Source: an uncultured Candidatus Saccharibacteria bacterium
GTDB lineage: Bacteria > Patescibacteriota > Saccharimonadia > Saccharimonadales > UBA10212
Reading direction: 5' to 3'
Assembly (NCBI GenBank): GCA_964624785.1
Contig: CAZUXR010000002.1
Span: forward strand, 363-64,362
DNA length: 64,000 nt
The notes under the pieces were generated by a model, which was not told the origin of the DNA, searched no databases, and saw nothing but the letters and a program-made list of their open reading frames with translations. Below, piece after piece: positions 49,594-59,362 of the stretch (positions are counted from its first letter, which is position 1; each line of letters opens with the position of its first letter). The translations under genes were made by a program, and so were the position numbers.

Positions 49594-52473
49594 TTGACAG
49601 ATTTTATTTCTATAAAAGGGGCGCGGGAACACAATTTAAAAGACATTAGTCTTGATATTCCGCGTGGTCAATTGGTGGTTATAACTGGGCTTTCGGGATC
49701 CGGCAAGTCCAGCCTTGCTTTTGATACCATCTACGCCGAAGGCCAGCGGCGATATGTAGAAAGCCTGAGCGCGTACGCCCGGCAATTTTTGGGTTTGATG
49801 GAAAAGCCCGATGTCGACCAGATTGACGGTTTAAGCCCGGCGATTAGCATTGATCAGAAATCGACCAGTCGTAATCCACGCAGCACAGTCGCGACCGTCA
49901 CAGAAATTTATGATTATTTGCGTTTGCTTTTTGCTCGTGTTGGCACGCCGCACTGCCCAGTCTGCGACAAAGCTGTCACCCGCCAAACAACCGCGAATGT
50001 TATCGACCAAGTTGCGAATGTGCGAGGCCAGGCCTCACACCGTGGAGTGTCACCTCAAGAAAATGCGTTAGGCCAGGCCTCACACAAGGATTCCGAAGGG
50101 AGCAGATTAATCATTCTGGCCCCAGTTATTTTGGATAAAAAAGGCGCATTTGAACATATTCCGGAACAGTTCATGCGCGCTGGTTTTGCGCGCGCAAGAG
50201 TAGACGGAATAATCTACGCGCTAGACGAATTCCCAGAACTAGATAAAAACTATAAGCACAAAATAGAAATAGTAGTTGATCGGCTGGTAAATTCCACAGA
50301 AAACCGTGGCCGCTTGGCGCAGAGTGTCGAGCAAGCTTTTGATCTAGCCAATGGTTTGATGATCGTAAACGATGCCGATTCAAATAAAGACACCCTTTAT
50401 TCACTTAAATACGCGTGTGTTGATCATCCGGACGTGGCAATTCCAGAACTAGAGCCGCGTACATTTAGCTTTAACAGCCCCCATGGTGCCTGCCCAGTAT
50501 GTACTGGCCTGGGTAACCGGTTAGAAGTTGACCCCGAACTGGTCATACCAAATGGCCGGCTAACTTTGGCAGAGGGCGCAATCCGCCCATATAACCGTGT
50601 TAACACAGACGCTTGGTATATGAAGAAGCTGCAGGCCGTGGGTGATCGTTATGACTTTAGCTTGCATGTGCCAACTGCCGAACTAAGTGACAGTCAGCAA
50701 AATAAGATTCTTTATGGAACTGGTGACGAAAAGTACAAGATTAGGCTGGGTCATGGGCGGACTTTCGAGACAACCTACGAAGGTGTAATCCCAAACCTAG
50801 AACGCCGTCACAAAGAAACAGACAGTGATTTTATGCGCCGTGACATAGAACGATTTATGCAAGAGCGCCCGTGCCACACCTGCAAAGGCCGCCGCTTAAA
50901 GCCAGAGGTTTTGGCGGTTACAGTAGATGGGCAGAGTATTATGGATATTTGCGAACTCAACATCGATGAATCTATAGAATTCTTTAAAACTATCAAACTG
51001 GATACAACCGGTGTGAGCATTGCCAAGCAAATACTAAAGGAGATTAACGCTCGGCTGGAATTTTTGCGCGATGTCGGGCTAAACTATCTGAATCTTGCTC
51101 GGAGTGCGGTGAGTTTAAGCGGTGGCGAAGCGCAGCGGATTCGCCTGGCGACACAGATCGGTAGCGGCTTGCAAGGGGTTTTATATGTATTGGATGAACC
51201 TAGCATTGGCTTGCATCAGCGTGATAACGAGCGGCTGTTAAAAACACTGGAGCGCCTGCGAGATTTAGGCAATAGTGTGATTGTAGTGGAGCACGACGAG
51301 GAGACAATTCGGGCTGCTGATTTTTTAGTAGACATTGGTCCGGGAGCAGGAATACACGGCGGCAGAGTGGTGGCAAGCGGCACGCCGGCAGAGGTCGCTA
51401 AATCCAAAATAAGCATCACGGCACAATTTCTGCGCGGCGATAAAATTATAAGTACTCCAAAAAAACGCCGCCCGGGCAACGGAAATAAGCTATCGATTAT
51501 AGGTGCAGCCGAACACAATCTAAAAAATGTAGATGTGGATATTCCACTCGGCCAGCTGGTTGTAGTGAGTGGCGTCAGCGGATCCGGTAAGTCTAGCTTA
51601 ATTAACGATATTCTGGCACGCGAACTCAGCGCCAGACTCATGCGAGCCAATGCAAATCCCGGCCGCCACAAAGAGGTTCAAGGGATCAAAAATCTAGATA
51701 AGGCAATCGTGATAGATCAATCGCCGATCGGGCGTACACCGCGGTCCAATCCGGCAACTTACACAGGTTTATTTACGCCAATCCGCGATCTATTTTCGCA
51801 GATGCCAGAAGCTAAACTGCGTGGATACAACCCTGGCCGCTTTAGTTTTAACGTTAAAGGTGGGCGCTGCGAAAATTGCGCGGGCGACGGTGTTATAAAA
51901 ATAGAAATGCACTTTTTACCTGATGTTTACGTGCCGTGCGAAGTCTGCCACGGCAAACGCTACAACCGCGAAGCACTGGAGATTCACTACAAAGGCAAGA
52001 CAATCAGCGATGTGCTGGATCTGACCTGCGAACAAGCTCTAGATTTTTTTGAAAATATTCCGGCAATTGCTCGCAAACTGCAAACTTTGGTAGATGTGGG
52101 TTTGGGCTACATTGCGCTCGGCCAACCTGCCACGACTTTATCGGGCGGGGAAGCTCAGCGTATAAAGCTGGCAAGCGAACTATCGCGTCGACCAACCGGA
52201 CGCACACTCTACATCTTGGATGAACCAACCACTGGGTTACATATGGCGGATGTAGCTAAGCTGCTTGATGTTTTGCATGCGCTAGTAGACACCGGCAACA
52301 GTATGGTGGTGATCGAGCATAACTTGGATGTTATAAAGTCCGCTGATCACATCATAGATATGGGTCCAGAGGGCGGTGAGGCAGGCGGTCGGGTTGTAGC
52401 TAGCGGCACGCCAGAACAGGTAGCCAAGATTTCTGCCAGCTACACCGGCCAATACCTATCCAAAGTTCTCTAA
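49594..52473 (+). CDS. uvrA: Excinuclease ABC subunit A, carrying a 23-aa in-frame insertion encoded by two REP-like repeats
   Basis: Two ABC ATPase modules ([18 protein letters not shown]), Zn fingers ([12 protein letters not shown]), and signature LSGGEAQR twice. The extra segment [23 protein letters not shown] corresponds to 50020-50088. Confidence 0.95.
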   Translation: MTDFISIKGAREHNLKDISLDIPRGQLVVITGLSGSGKSSLAFDTIYAEGQRRYVESLSAYARQFLGLMEKPDVDQIDGLSPAISIDQKSTSRNPRSTVATVTEIYDYLRLLFARVGTPHCPVCDKAVTRQTTANVIDQVANVRGQASHRGVSPQENALGQASHKDSEGSRLIILAPVILDKKGAFEHIPEQFMRAGFARARVDGIIYALDEFPELDKNYKHKIEIVVDRLVNSTENRGRLAQSVEQAFDLANGLMIVNDADSNKDTLYSLKYACVDHPDVAIPELEPRTFSFNSPHGACPVCTGLGNRLEVDPELVIPNGRLTLAEGAIRPYNRVNTDAWYMKKLQAVGDRYDFSLHVPTAELSDSQQNKILYGTGDEKYKIRLGHGRTFETTYEGVIPNLERRHKETDSDFMRRDIERFMQERPCHTCKGRRLKPEVLAVTVDGQSIMDICELNIDESIEFFKTIKLDTTGVSIAKQILKEINARLEFLRDVGLNYLNLARSAVSLSGGEAQRIRLATQIGSGLQGVLYVLDEPSIGLHQRDNERLLKTLERLRDLGNSVIVVEHDEETIRAADFLVDIGPGAGIHGGRVVASGTPAEVAKSKISITAQFLRGDKIISTPKKRRPGNGNKLSIIGAAEHNLKNVDVDIPLGQLVVVSGVSGSGKSSLINDILARELSARLMRANANPGRHKEVQGIKNLDKAIVIDQSPIGRTPRSNPATYTGLFTPIRDLFSQMPEAKLRGYNPGRFSFNVKGGRCENCAGDGVIKIEMHFLPDVYVPCEVCHGKRYNREALEIHYKGKTISDVLDLTCEQALDFFENIPAIARKLQTLVDVGLGYIALGQPATTLSGGEAQRIKLASELSRRPTGRTLYILDEPTTGLHMADVAKLLDVLHALVDTGNSMVVIEHNLDVIKSADHIIDMGPEGGEAGGRVVASGTPEQVAKISASYTGQYLSKVL
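50020..50088. repeat. Two REP-like palindromes (GTGCGAGGCCAGGCCTCACAC ...30 nt... GGCCAGGCCTCACACAAG) inside the uvrA coding frame
   Basis: The sequence matches the intergenic copies at 11442 and 52518. The insert is 69 nt, which is 23 codons, so it stays in frame. Confidence 0.75.
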
Positions 52474-52517
52474 ACTACTAACTATTTGCGCAAAACCCAC
52501 ATTACTTTGCACTTTAC

Positions 52518-52545
52518 GCGTGAGGCCAGGCCTCACGCAAGGATT
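52518..52545. repeat. REP-like palindromic repeat GCGTGAGGCCAGGCCTCACGCAAGGATT (copy 4, intergenic after uvrA)
   Basis: It shares GGCCAGGCCTCACRCAAGGATT with the 50068 copy. Confidence 0.7.
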
Positions 52546-52606
52546 GTGATGCGCGAATCAGACTTGGGATTTTGCGGGTGATGAGTTGCTAGAGGGGTCT
52601 AAAAGT

Positions 52607-53257
52607 TTACTTTTTGCGTTTAAACAGTAGTTGCATCTCTTCGCGTAGCGCTTCTTTTAAGATTTCGCGCCGTTGTTTTGTGCGCAAAATTTCTAATAAT
52701 CCTCCGCCGGTGGTGATTAGCATTCCGCCAACCAGCAAAATAACTAAATATTTATCTAAGTTGGGGAGCCTGTGTCCAAGCCAGTAAGCTGCCAGAATCA
52801 CACTGGTTGTCCACATTACGCTACCAATGACATTATAAAAAAGGAACTTCTTCTTACCCATCTTGCCCATGCCCGCCATGAGCGGTAGGATTGTCCGCAC
52901 AATAACAATAAAGCGGGCTAACAAAATAGATTTGCCACCGTGCTTTTTAATAAAAGCTTCGGTACGGTCGCGATATTCTTTACGGAACAGGACCCCCTCA
53001 CTACGTTTAAACAGGCGTGGTCCGGCTCGCTCACCGATCAAATATCCGACTTGGTAACCTGCGATTGCCGCAATTGGCGCCAGTAGCAGAGTGGCTTCTA
53101 GTGGCAGTTTGTTTTGGCTTGCAAAAATCCCAGCGGCAACCAAAAGCGTATCTCCAGGTAGGAAAAATCCAATCAGTAGACCTGTCTCCGCGAAAAGTAT
53201 AAGCAGAATTGCTATTAGGCCGCCAGCTTGGATTATATGGTTTACATCTAGAAACAT
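52607..53257 (-). CDS. DedA-family (SNARE-associated) membrane protein
   Basis: LIGFFLPGDTLL and the GYQVGYLIGER motif of DedA/TVP38. Confidence 0.8.
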   Translation of the reverse strand: MFLDVNHIIQAGGLIAILLILFAETGLLIGFFLPGDTLLVAAGIFASQNKLPLEATLLLAPIAAIAGYQVGYLIGERAGPRLFKRSEGVLFRKEYRDRTEAFIKKHGGKSILLARFIVIVRTILPLMAGMGKMGKKKFLFYNVIGSVMWTTSVILAAYWLGHRLPNLDKYLVILLVGGMLITTGGGLLEILRTKQRREILKEALREEMQLLFKRKK

Positions 53258-53333
53258 AAGCTACGTTAATTGTACCATTCGGCGGCGATCTGGTATAATT
53301 GACGAAACACGCAAGTAATTAAGGAATTTACCA

Positions 53334-54002
53334 ATGACTGATGTGGACAAACCACTGCAACTGCAAAAACGCGAAATAGTAGGCAAGGGCCTAAGTGCTA
53401 TTCGCAGCCAAGGACTAGTGCCTGCTGTAATTCATAACCATGGCAAAGATTCGCTACATGTTATGTCTAGCGAAGTAGAACTTACAAAAATCTACAAAAT
53501 CGCTGGCAAGCACCACCCCCTAAATTTAGTTGTTGGGTCCGATAAGTTCCTAGCACTTATCAAAGACGCGCACTTTAACCCTATCAAGCGCCGCTTGCAA
53601 CATGTTGTGTTCCAGGCAATTCGCCAGGACGAAAAAGTTGAGGCAGAAGTTCCAATCCACCTAGAAGGCGAAATTCCAGCAGAAAAAGTTGGCCTAATGA
53701 TATTACACCAGTTAGACCATGTGCAAATAGAAGCGCTGCCAAAGGACTTGGTAGACGAACTAAAAGTGGACGCTACCAAACTAGTTGATTTACAAGACAG
53801 AATTACAGTCGCAGATTTGGTTGTTCCAAAAGGCGTGAGCGTTTTGACCGAGGCAGACCACCCAATAGCCGTAGTCGTAGAAACCAAAGCCCAAATGTCC
53901 GAAGAGGCAGAAGAAGCCGAATCCGCCGAGGGCGGAGAAGCTGCCGAAGGTGAACCTGCGAGCGAAGAATCCACCGACAAAAAACCCGAACCTAACAGCT
54001 AG
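53334..54002 (+). CDS. rplY: 50S ribosomal protein L25 / general stress protein Ctc
   Basis: An L25 N-terminal beta-barrel (REIVGKG..RSQGLVPAVI) plus a Ctc C-terminal domain and an acidic tail. Confidence 0.8.
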   Translation: MTDVDKPLQLQKREIVGKGLSAIRSQGLVPAVIHNHGKDSLHVMSSEVELTKIYKIAGKHHPLNLVVGSDKFLALIKDAHFNPIKRRLQHVVFQAIRQDEKVEAEVPIHLEGEIPAEKVGLMILHQLDHVQIEALPKDLVDELKVDATKLVDLQDRITVADLVVPKGVSVLTEADHPIAVVVETKAQMSEEAEEAESAEGGEAAEGEPASEESTDKKPEPNS

Positions 54003-55774
54003 TCTTCTAAAAATCCGCCCGACTGATGTGCCCAAAGCCCCGCGTATACACCTTCTTTTTTCAGTAATTCAGCGTGACTTCCATCTTCGACAACCTCTCC
54101 TTTATCAAAGACAATAATGCGGTCAAGTTTAGCGATTGTAGAAAGGCGATGAGCTATTACGATTGATGTACGCTGCTCCATCAGTTCAGCTAGCGAAGAC
54201 TGGATAAGCTGTTCACTCTCACTATCTAGCGAAGAAGTTGCTTCGTCCAGGACTAAGATGGGTGATTCTTTTAGAATAGCCCGTGCTATGGCGATGCGCT
54301 GGCGTTGTCCACCACTTAATTTTACTCCTCTTTCACCAACTAAGGTGTTGTATCCATCTTGCGTGGCAGAAATAAACTCATCTGCATGAGCTTTTTTGGC
54401 GGCATCTATAATTTCACTTATTGTAACTTCGCGATCTGCTGCATAAGCAATATTATCGGCTAAGCTGCGGTGGAACAGACTTGTATCCTGAGGTACGAAA
54501 GCGATTAATTTGGATAATTCAGAAGGGCTGATAATTGAGTTATCGAGTAGCACACCACCAGAACTGGGTGGATAGTACCCAAGTAGTATTTTGGTCAGTG
54601 TAGTCTTACCGCTACCACTTTTGCCAACTATTCCAATTTTTTCACCGTGACTTATCTTTAGGTTAATATCCGACAAAACCATTGTGTGGTTTTTATCGGG
54701 GTAGGCAAAACTAATGTTATCTAGCTGCAGTAGTTTATTGAACGCAGGCGTAGGTGTTTTATTCGGCTGTTTTTCCTGAAAAGCTTTGACGATGTTTGTA
54801 TTACCAAAAATATAACAGTGAGCTTCTTCTATACGAGCAACCTTTAAATTAAATGTTGAAATAGTCCACACCGTTCCCCATATAAAGTCTGAGAACAGAA
54901 CCATCACAGACAAAACGGTAGTGAACTCAGCTATGGAAATCATATGCCTGTTGAGTAGCCAAATGTTTAAAACGATTGTCACTGGCCAAATGAACAATCG
55001 GACAAATATACCGACGGAACCCCAAAAGATAATATTCCAAAAGAAAGATTGGTTTCCAATTTCAGCATTAATCTTGATTTGTTGGTTGATTACCTTGGTT
55101 TCGATATCTTCTTTCCTGAAAGACTTAACATTGGCGAAGTTCGCAATAATATCAACGACCTTACCAGTTTTGGTTGAGCTGGCGTCAGTTTCTTTTCTCT
55201 TATACTTTGCGCTGTTTTTTATGGTTATTCTGCCAGTGACAATCATGAGGAATATGCCAATAACGAACACTAAACCTGTCTGGATGTTCATACTGCTAAG
55301 AATAAGTACCACTGATATTAGTCGTACGATTTCGACCAGGTAGCTATAAAATATTGTTTGCAAGAAATCTTGAAATTCTTGATCAAGGATCGAAATATTC
55401 GCCGAGACTTTACCAGTAAATTTATCGATAAAGTATGGATACGGTTTGCGGATAACTTCAAAAAAAAGTATTTTTTCATATGCGTAACCAAGCGGTCGGA
55501 GAAGTTTCATGAATACAAACTCTGATCCGTGCCACGTTATCCAGTGCAGAGCACTGCAAGCAATTAATATGCCAGCATAAACCGTAACTAGGTGACTATC
55601 TGGTGCTGGTCGGGCCAACTGACCCACCAGAAGTCCTATGAATACGGGTATAATGGCTAGAAAAATGTTTGCAATAATAAAACAAATCGCAGTCACAAAC
55701 ACTCGTAGTTTATAGTCAGATAAGTATGTAAGGAACGATATTAAAGCAAAGTATTGTTTATTTTTTTTATCCAT
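53999..55774 (-). CDS. ABC transporter, fused permease/ATPase (exporter type)
   Basis: A 6-TM domain, then Walker A GKSGSGKTT, signature LSGGQRQRIAIARA, and Walker B ILVLDEATS. Confidence 0.85.
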   Translation of the reverse strand: MDKKNKQYFALISFLTYLSDYKLRVFVTAICFIIANIFLAIIPVFIGLLVGQLARPAPDSHLVTVYAGILIACSALHWITWHGSEFVFMKLLRPLGYAYEKILFFEVIRKPYPYFIDKFTGKVSANISILDQEFQDFLQTIFYSYLVEIVRLISVVLILSSMNIQTGLVFVIGIFLMIVTGRITIKNSAKYKRKETDASSTKTGKVVDIIANFANVKSFRKEDIETKVINQQIKINAEIGNQSFFWNIIFWGSVGIFVRLFIWPVTIVLNIWLLNRHMISIAEFTTVLSVMVLFSDFIWGTVWTISTFNLKVARIEEAHCYIFGNTNIVKAFQEKQPNKTPTPAFNKLLQLDNISFAYPDKNHTMVLSDINLKISHGEKIGIVGKSGSGKTTLTKILLGYYPPSSGGVLLDNSIISPSELSKLIAFVPQDTSLFHRSLADNIAYAADREVTISEIIDAAKKAHADEFISATQDGYNTLVGERGVKLSGGQRQRIAIARAILKESPILVLDEATSSLDSESEQLIQSSLAELMEQRTSIVIAHRLSTIAKLDRIIVFDKGEVVEDGSHAELLKKEGVYAGLWAHQSGGFLED

Positions 55775-56059
55775 AATGAAAAAGGTCCTTTTGTTAGTAT
55801 GACATTAGTTGGTTGGTCGTTTAGTTTAAATTAATTTTTGGGTTTTTGTCTAAAAAGAGGCGGAAGGGGCCGGCACTCTTATAGACGCAGTTTGGTTTGT
55901 AGCGATTTTTGACATTTTTTGGCGCAGCCCTTTCCTTTAAATCAGTAATATTGACCACAATTGTACCATTAACAACAACCATAAACCAAACAATTTTTAC
56001 TTTTCGTCCGATCGGACAAAAAAGGGAAATTTTATGGGGTTTGATATAATCTAGGATAG

Positions 56060-56938
56060 ATGAACAAGGTGATTTTGTATTATAAGTTTGTGCCGTTGGA
56101 CGATCCTGGTATGGTTATGCGCTGGCAGCGCGAGCTGTGCCAAAGATTAGACCTAAAGGGCAGGGTAATTGTTGGACCACACGGAATTAATGGCACGCTC
56201 AGTGGCGAGGTCGAAAATTTGCGCAAATACAAACGCGAAATGAATGCGTCTGGAACATTCCGCGGAATTATGTACAAATGGAGCGATGGAACCGGCCAGG
56301 AATTTCCGCGATTAAGCGTTAAAGTTCGTGATGAGTTAGTAACCTTTCGAGGATCGGACGAAATTGAAGTTGATGAGAGCGGCGTTAAAAACGGCGGCAA
56401 GCATTTAAAACCCGGGCAAGTTCATAAACTAATAGAAGAGCGCGGCGACGACGTGGTGTTTTTTGACGGCCGCAATGGCTACGAGGCGGCTGTTGGCAAG
56501 TTCAAAAACGCTGTAGTGCCAGATACTAAAACCACTCGCGATTTTATTAAAGAGCTAGATAGCGGCAAGCATGACAAGCTCAAAGACAAACCGGTTGTTA
56601 CATATTGTACCGGTGGAATTCGCTGCGAAATTTTGAGTGTTTTGATGAAGAATCGCGGTTTTAAAGATGTTTATCAAATGGACGGCGGAGTGGTAAAGTA
56701 TGGCGAAAAGTTTGGTGACGATGGTTTGTGGGAAGGGTCGTTATATGTTTTTGACGGCCGAATGAATCACCGATTTTCCGACAAGTCCATAGACATTGGG
56801 CAGTGTGTGCATTGCGCTGGTCGCACCAGCAACTACGAAAACTGCGCCGACAAATTATGTAATCGCCTTGTCCTAATGTGCGACAGCTGTAAGCAAAAAA
56901 ACACCTTTTGCGAGCAGCAACATACGGTCGCTGTATGA
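56060..56938 (+). CDS. trhO: Rhodanese-domain tRNA uridine(34) hydroxylase TrhO/YceA family
   Basis: ILYYKF, GINGT, YCTGGIRCE, and a C-terminal Cys cluster. Leaderless: TATAAT lies 9 nt before the ATG. Confidence 0.8.
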   Translation: MNKVILYYKFVPLDDPGMVMRWQRELCQRLDLKGRVIVGPHGINGTLSGEVENLRKYKREMNASGTFRGIMYKWSDGTGQEFPRLSVKVRDELVTFRGSDEIEVDESGVKNGGKHLKPGQVHKLIEERGDDVVFFDGRNGYEAAVGKFKNAVVPDTKTTRDFIKELDSGKHDKLKDKPVVTYCTGGIRCEILSVLMKNRGFKDVYQMDGGVVKYGEKFGDDGLWEGSLYVFDGRMNHRFSDKSIDIGQCVHCAGRTSNYENCADKLCNRLVLMCDSCKQKNTFCEQQHTVAV

Positions 56939-58431
56939 TATCCAAAAAGCTAGAAGAAAAGCTTAAAGGTTTGCCGAGCGGTCCTGGGATTTATTTTCAC
57001 AAGGATTCTAGCGGTGCGATTATTTATATTGGCAAGGCCGCGAATTTGCGCAATCGAGTGCGGCAGTATTTTCAGGCTAGCCGAACGCGTGATCTTAAAA
57101 CCGACGCGCTTGTGGCAGAAATTGCCGACACGGATTGGACAGAGCTAGAAACCGAAGTCGACGCTCTGGTTGTAGAGGCTGAAATGGTTCGCCGCTACCA
57201 ACCTCGTTACAATATTTTGCTACGCGACGACAAAAGCCAATCCTACATTCGCATTGATTATAAAAGCGATTACCCAACAGTTAAGCTAACTCGCCGTCCG
57301 CTGGATGATGGTGCCGAATATTTTGGGCCGTATTTTAATAGCTTTGCTATAAAACGGGCGCTACGGTATTTGCGTCGAGCGTTCCCATATGCGACGGCCA
57401 AGCCGGTTAATCAAAAAAGAGTTAGCCTGCATTATCACCTAAAACTCGATCCGGGGCTGGAAGAAGGCCGCACTAGCCTAGCGCAGTATCGCTCTAACTT
57501 GAGCAAACTCATGCAGTATTTGCGCGGCAAACGCCAGTCGATAATTAAAGAAATTGAACGAGATATGAAACGTGCTGCAAAAAATCAGCAGTTTGAAAAA
57601 GCCGCACATTTGCGCAACCAACTGGTTGCTCTGCGCCAACTAAGCCAGCAGTCTTTGTTTGGCGACCACGAAAGGCTAGACGCCAGCCTGGACCAGGCGC
57701 TTGTAGAGCTATCGTCGATTTTGGAATTATCAAAGCCCCCGCAAAAAATAGAAGGGTTTGATATAAGCCACATGAGCGGTACCGACACTGTTGCCAGCAT
57801 GGTTGTATTTGTGAATGGCTTGCCAGATAAGGCCGCTTACCGCAAATTTAAGATGATTTTAAAGGGCAATGACGATTTTGCCCATATGGCAGAGGTGATT
57901 ACCCGCAGATTTTCTGATCAAAATCGCAAAAAATGGCCGCTGCCAGATTTGGTTTTGATAGACGGCGGCAAAGGTCAATTGTCGGCTGCGCTGGGTGTGA
58001 TGGACGGGCTAGGCATAAATATTCCATGCATTGGGCTGGCTAAACGGTTCGAACAAATCATTGTCAATAAATTAGCAATTAGCGATCAGCAATTAGTAAC
58101 TAGCAATACAAAAAAATTGGGCGGTCACATGCATGATTCGGATAATTTTCTAACAATTGATCTGCCGCACAGCAGCAATGCGGTTAAATTATTGCAACGA
58201 ATACGTGATGAATCGCATCGTTTTGCCGTTAGTTACCATTCTACACTTAAAGTTAATCGCCAGACCGCCAGCGTGCTGGACGATATTCCTGGGGTTGGCC
58301 CCGCCACTCGCAAAAAGATGCTGCGCAAATTTGGATCTGTGCGGGGCATTAAAACGGCCAACTCAAAAGATCTAGAAGAAATTCTTGGCAAGGCAAAGGC
58401 CGAAATCGTGTCGGATTATCTTAAGGATTAA
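56935..58431 (+). CDS. uvrC: Excinuclease ABC subunit C
   Basis: GIY-YIG (GIYFHKDSSGAIIYIGKAANLRNR), a UvrBC-interaction region, an RNase H-like domain, and a C-terminal HhH (IPGVGPATRKKMLRKFGS). The ATG overlaps the trhO stop (ATGA). Confidence 0.9.
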   Translation: MISKKLEEKLKGLPSGPGIYFHKDSSGAIIYIGKAANLRNRVRQYFQASRTRDLKTDALVAEIADTDWTELETEVDALVVEAEMVRRYQPRYNILLRDDKSQSYIRIDYKSDYPTVKLTRRPLDDGAEYFGPYFNSFAIKRALRYLRRAFPYATAKPVNQKRVSLHYHLKLDPGLEEGRTSLAQYRSNLSKLMQYLRGKRQSIIKEIERDMKRAAKNQQFEKAAHLRNQLVALRQLSQQSLFGDHERLDASLDQALVELSSILELSKPPQKIEGFDISHMSGTDTVASMVVFVNGLPDKAAYRKFKMILKGNDDFAHMAEVITRRFSDQNRKKWPLPDLVLIDGGKGQLSAALGVMDGLGINIPCIGLAKRFEQIIVNKLAISDQQLVTSNTKKLGGHMHDSDNFLTIDLPHSSNAVKLLQRIRDESHRFAVSYHSTLKVNRQTASVLDDIPGVGPATRKKMLRKFGSVRGIKTANSKDLEEILGKAKAEIVSDYLKD

Positions 58432-58457
58432 GTTTCAAAGTCCTATATAATATAAGT

Positions 58458-58838
58458 ATGAAGAAAACGCAGCAACAAAGTTTTGCTACAAAATTTGCGG
58501 TTCGTTGGTTGGTATCTGGCTTAGGGCTTTGGATCGCGTCGGGTCTGCTTGGACCTGAGCGTTTGAGCGTGGGACATAACTGGGAAACGGTAGTTGCGGC
58601 CGGATTTTTCTTGGCATTGGTTAATATGTTTTTAAAGCCGATTTTACTGCTTCTTTCGATCCCGGCGATTTTACTGAGCCTGGGACTATTTGTATTAGTA
58701 GTTAATGGATTTTTAATAATGATTGCTAGCTGGCTGTATAATCCCTTCTACGTTAAAAACTTTGGCGTGGCAGTGATTGCGGGAATGATAGTTGGCTTGG
58801 TAAACTACTTAGTAACAAAGATATTGGAGGATCTATGA
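58458..58838 (+). CDS. Phage-holin-4_2 / DUF360 family membrane protein
   Basis: A 126-aa, four-TM protein with duplicated halves, each ending in an L.N.L motif. Confidence 0.55.
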   Translation: MKKTQQQSFATKFAVRWLVSGLGLWIASGLLGPERLSVGHNWETVVAAGFFLALVNMFLKPILLLLSIPAILLSLGLFVLVVNGFLIMIASWLYNPFYVKNFGVAVIAGMIVGLVNYLVTKILEDL

Positions 58839-59050
58839 CAATCTGGAACTATATAACAATTGTGAGCATGGCACTGCTGACTATTTTAATTTTGATTCAA
58901 ACTCGCGGGGCGAGCCTGGGCGCGGGGCTTGGCGGCGGCGGAGAAGTTCATACGGAGCGCCGCGGATCAGATAAAAGCATACATCAGCTAACTATAATTT
59001 TAGTTTTCATTTTTTGTGCAAGTATAATCATCAACATCGTAGCCAAATAG
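58835..59050 (+). CDS. secG: Preprotein translocase subunit SecG
   Basis: 71 aa. TM1-LLTILILIQTRGASLGAGLGGGGEV-...-TM2 is the SecG hallmark (Q..GKGxGLGxxFGGG). Confidence 0.7.
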   Translation: MTIWNYITIVSMALLTILILIQTRGASLGAGLGGGGEVHTERRGSDKSIHQLTIILVFIFCASIIINIVAK

Positions 59051-59052
59051 AA

Positions 59053-59337
59053 GGAGCTGCGCACTTGGCACATTTTGTCCTAAAATCTGCGATCCGCATT
59101 CAACGTACTTATGAGTACGCCTCATTTGCGGTTCTCGATTTTATAGCAACCCCAAAACAAAACTCGCATTTTGAACCGCGCCTCGCCAGCCAAAAATCGT
59201 CATTCCTCGTTCAACGTATCTACAGATATGCCTCTCTTGGAAATAACGATTTTTGGCTCAGACGATCCATCATTTCAAATTTACAAGTTTTGTCTTGGGA
59301 TTGCTATAGAACAAACTGCACTCAAGTGCGCAGCTCC
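59053..59337. repeat. MITE-like element, long copy (15-bp perfect TIRs GGAGCTGCGCACTTG)
   Basis: The same family as 31324-31445, with ~140 extra internal bp and internal duplicated modules (CAACGTACTTATGAGTACGCCTCATTTGCGG / CAACGTATCTACAGATATGCCTCTCTTGG). Confidence 0.65.
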
Positions 59338-59362
59338 TTATCGCGAACTATGGTGGCTAAAA

